This document shows, piece after piece, positions 62,682 to 64,000 of a stretch of 64,000 nt of DNA. This DNA comes from Octopus bimaculoides (Eukaryota): positions 18,671,166 to 18,735,165 of the forward strand of contig NC_068985.1 in the NCBI RefSeq assembly GCF_001194135.2. Direction: 5' to 3'. The position numbers and the translations under genes were made by a program. The notes under the pieces are model-generated. The model did no database searches, was not told the origin of the DNA, and saw only the letters and a list, made by a program, of their open reading frames with translations. How positions within the stretch are numbered: the stretch's first letter is position 1; each line of letters begins with the position of its first letter.

Positions 62682-64000
62682 CTAGAAAGTTCAATATCAT
62701 TCAAGTTATAGACCAAATCACTTTGCATAGAGTTAATCAAATACTCATCAAAACACAAACTTTGTAAACAATTTTTAGTTGTGCAGCAACAATTAAAATT
62801 AAGCATTAATTAAGGATCAAACACATAATTAAGACATCAAGTTAAGATAAGATGGAAAGGTAATTAGTAAAGGAAATTTGCATGGGTTATTTTTCTCAGT
62901 ATTATAAAATTATTTATTATTATTATCATTATTATTAATTACTTGTTACTGTTAATATGATTTAAAAACAGAAATGCAAAAAACAAAGAAGTATATAAAC
63001 ACATTCTGCAGTTATGCCAATTCAAACAACATGGTTCTTCTATAAGTATCCTTTGTGTTCAACATCCTAACAATGAAACCACAAGATATTTTGTTCCTAG
63101 TAATTCCTTATTGTATCCATGTCCCATTAAGTACACAGCACTAAACCAGAAATATGCATGTAAACATAAACCTAATAATGACTAGATAGCAAACAAATAT
63201 TGCTACAGTTAGTAGGGGTTTTAAACAAAACATAGAAATGATCTAACAATGTATTGTTTTGAGAGCAAATGATATATTTCATTAATACCAAGAATTTATG
63301 AAAATCTATTAGAATGAAGATATTGCAGACGGTCATACTGGTTCAGTTTGAGAATTTAGGAAATACTAGAGGAACCAAAATTTTATTGGTATAAACTCAT
63401 GGAATAGATGTAGTAAAATAAACAATTTTGTTTTTCTATATCAACCAATACAATTTTGTACATTTACCTAGTAATTCTGCCCTCACCACTTCAACAAGCA
63501 TGATGAAAGCTATGCTTATCTGATTAGGTCAGTACAAGACAGAAACATGTCAATTTCTAATACTGCCTTTTCCTCACCACATAATTATAACTTTTATCTT
63601 TTAGTCAGGAGGAAAGGTATCTCCCTTGATTCTGAAACTAGTGGGAGGGAAGGAGGAAACTACTCTCAAGCTGGATACCTGACTCAAAAGCTTGCAACAG
63701 AGTGGAATTCCGTTAAATCAACCAAGTTACTGGACGGTGGTGTTAATCCAGATGATGAATTAGGTCTATCACTCATATTAACTTTTTAATGCCTACAACA
63801 TACGTTAGCACTAACTTTATTATTCAACAAATTAGTTATCATTGAAGGTCTATTGAATGTACTTGATATTAAAAAATAAGTGAATAGCTTTCATCTACAT
63901 ACAATAAAGAAGAAAGATGGGCCATGGACTCACTTTTATCTAGCCTAAATAATACTAACCATCAATACTAACTGTTATTAATTTTATTCAATCTTTCTGT

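Overview
AT-rich, N-gapped animal genomic DNA. The SINE/RTE/MITE repertoire looks like octopus (inference). All analysis was by eye, with no searches or folding runs. Two convergent intron-containing genes are present. On + are the last two coding exons of METTL15 (RsmH-family m4C rRNA methyltransferase; 1931-2125 and 8914-9331). On - are ten phase-consistent exons (49466 down to 31792) of a DENND2/ST5-family Rab-GEF covering uDENN, cDENN and dDENN; its first and last exons were not found. The rest is transposon debris: RTE LINE 3' ends with (GAT)n tails, several tRNA-derived SINE families, a Tx1/L1-like ORF1-endonuclease fragment, CRE- and CR1-like remnants, Tc1/mariner/pogo/hAT/piggyBac-type MITEs and remnants, and microsatellites. 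The most notable signal is a set of about seven hammerhead-ribozyme-like motifs of the Penelope-associated minimal type. One of them (33626-33671) has an intact catalytic core and all three helices. There are also several long fold-backs and inverted repeat pairs that would form dsRNA in the DENND2-like pre-mRNA.
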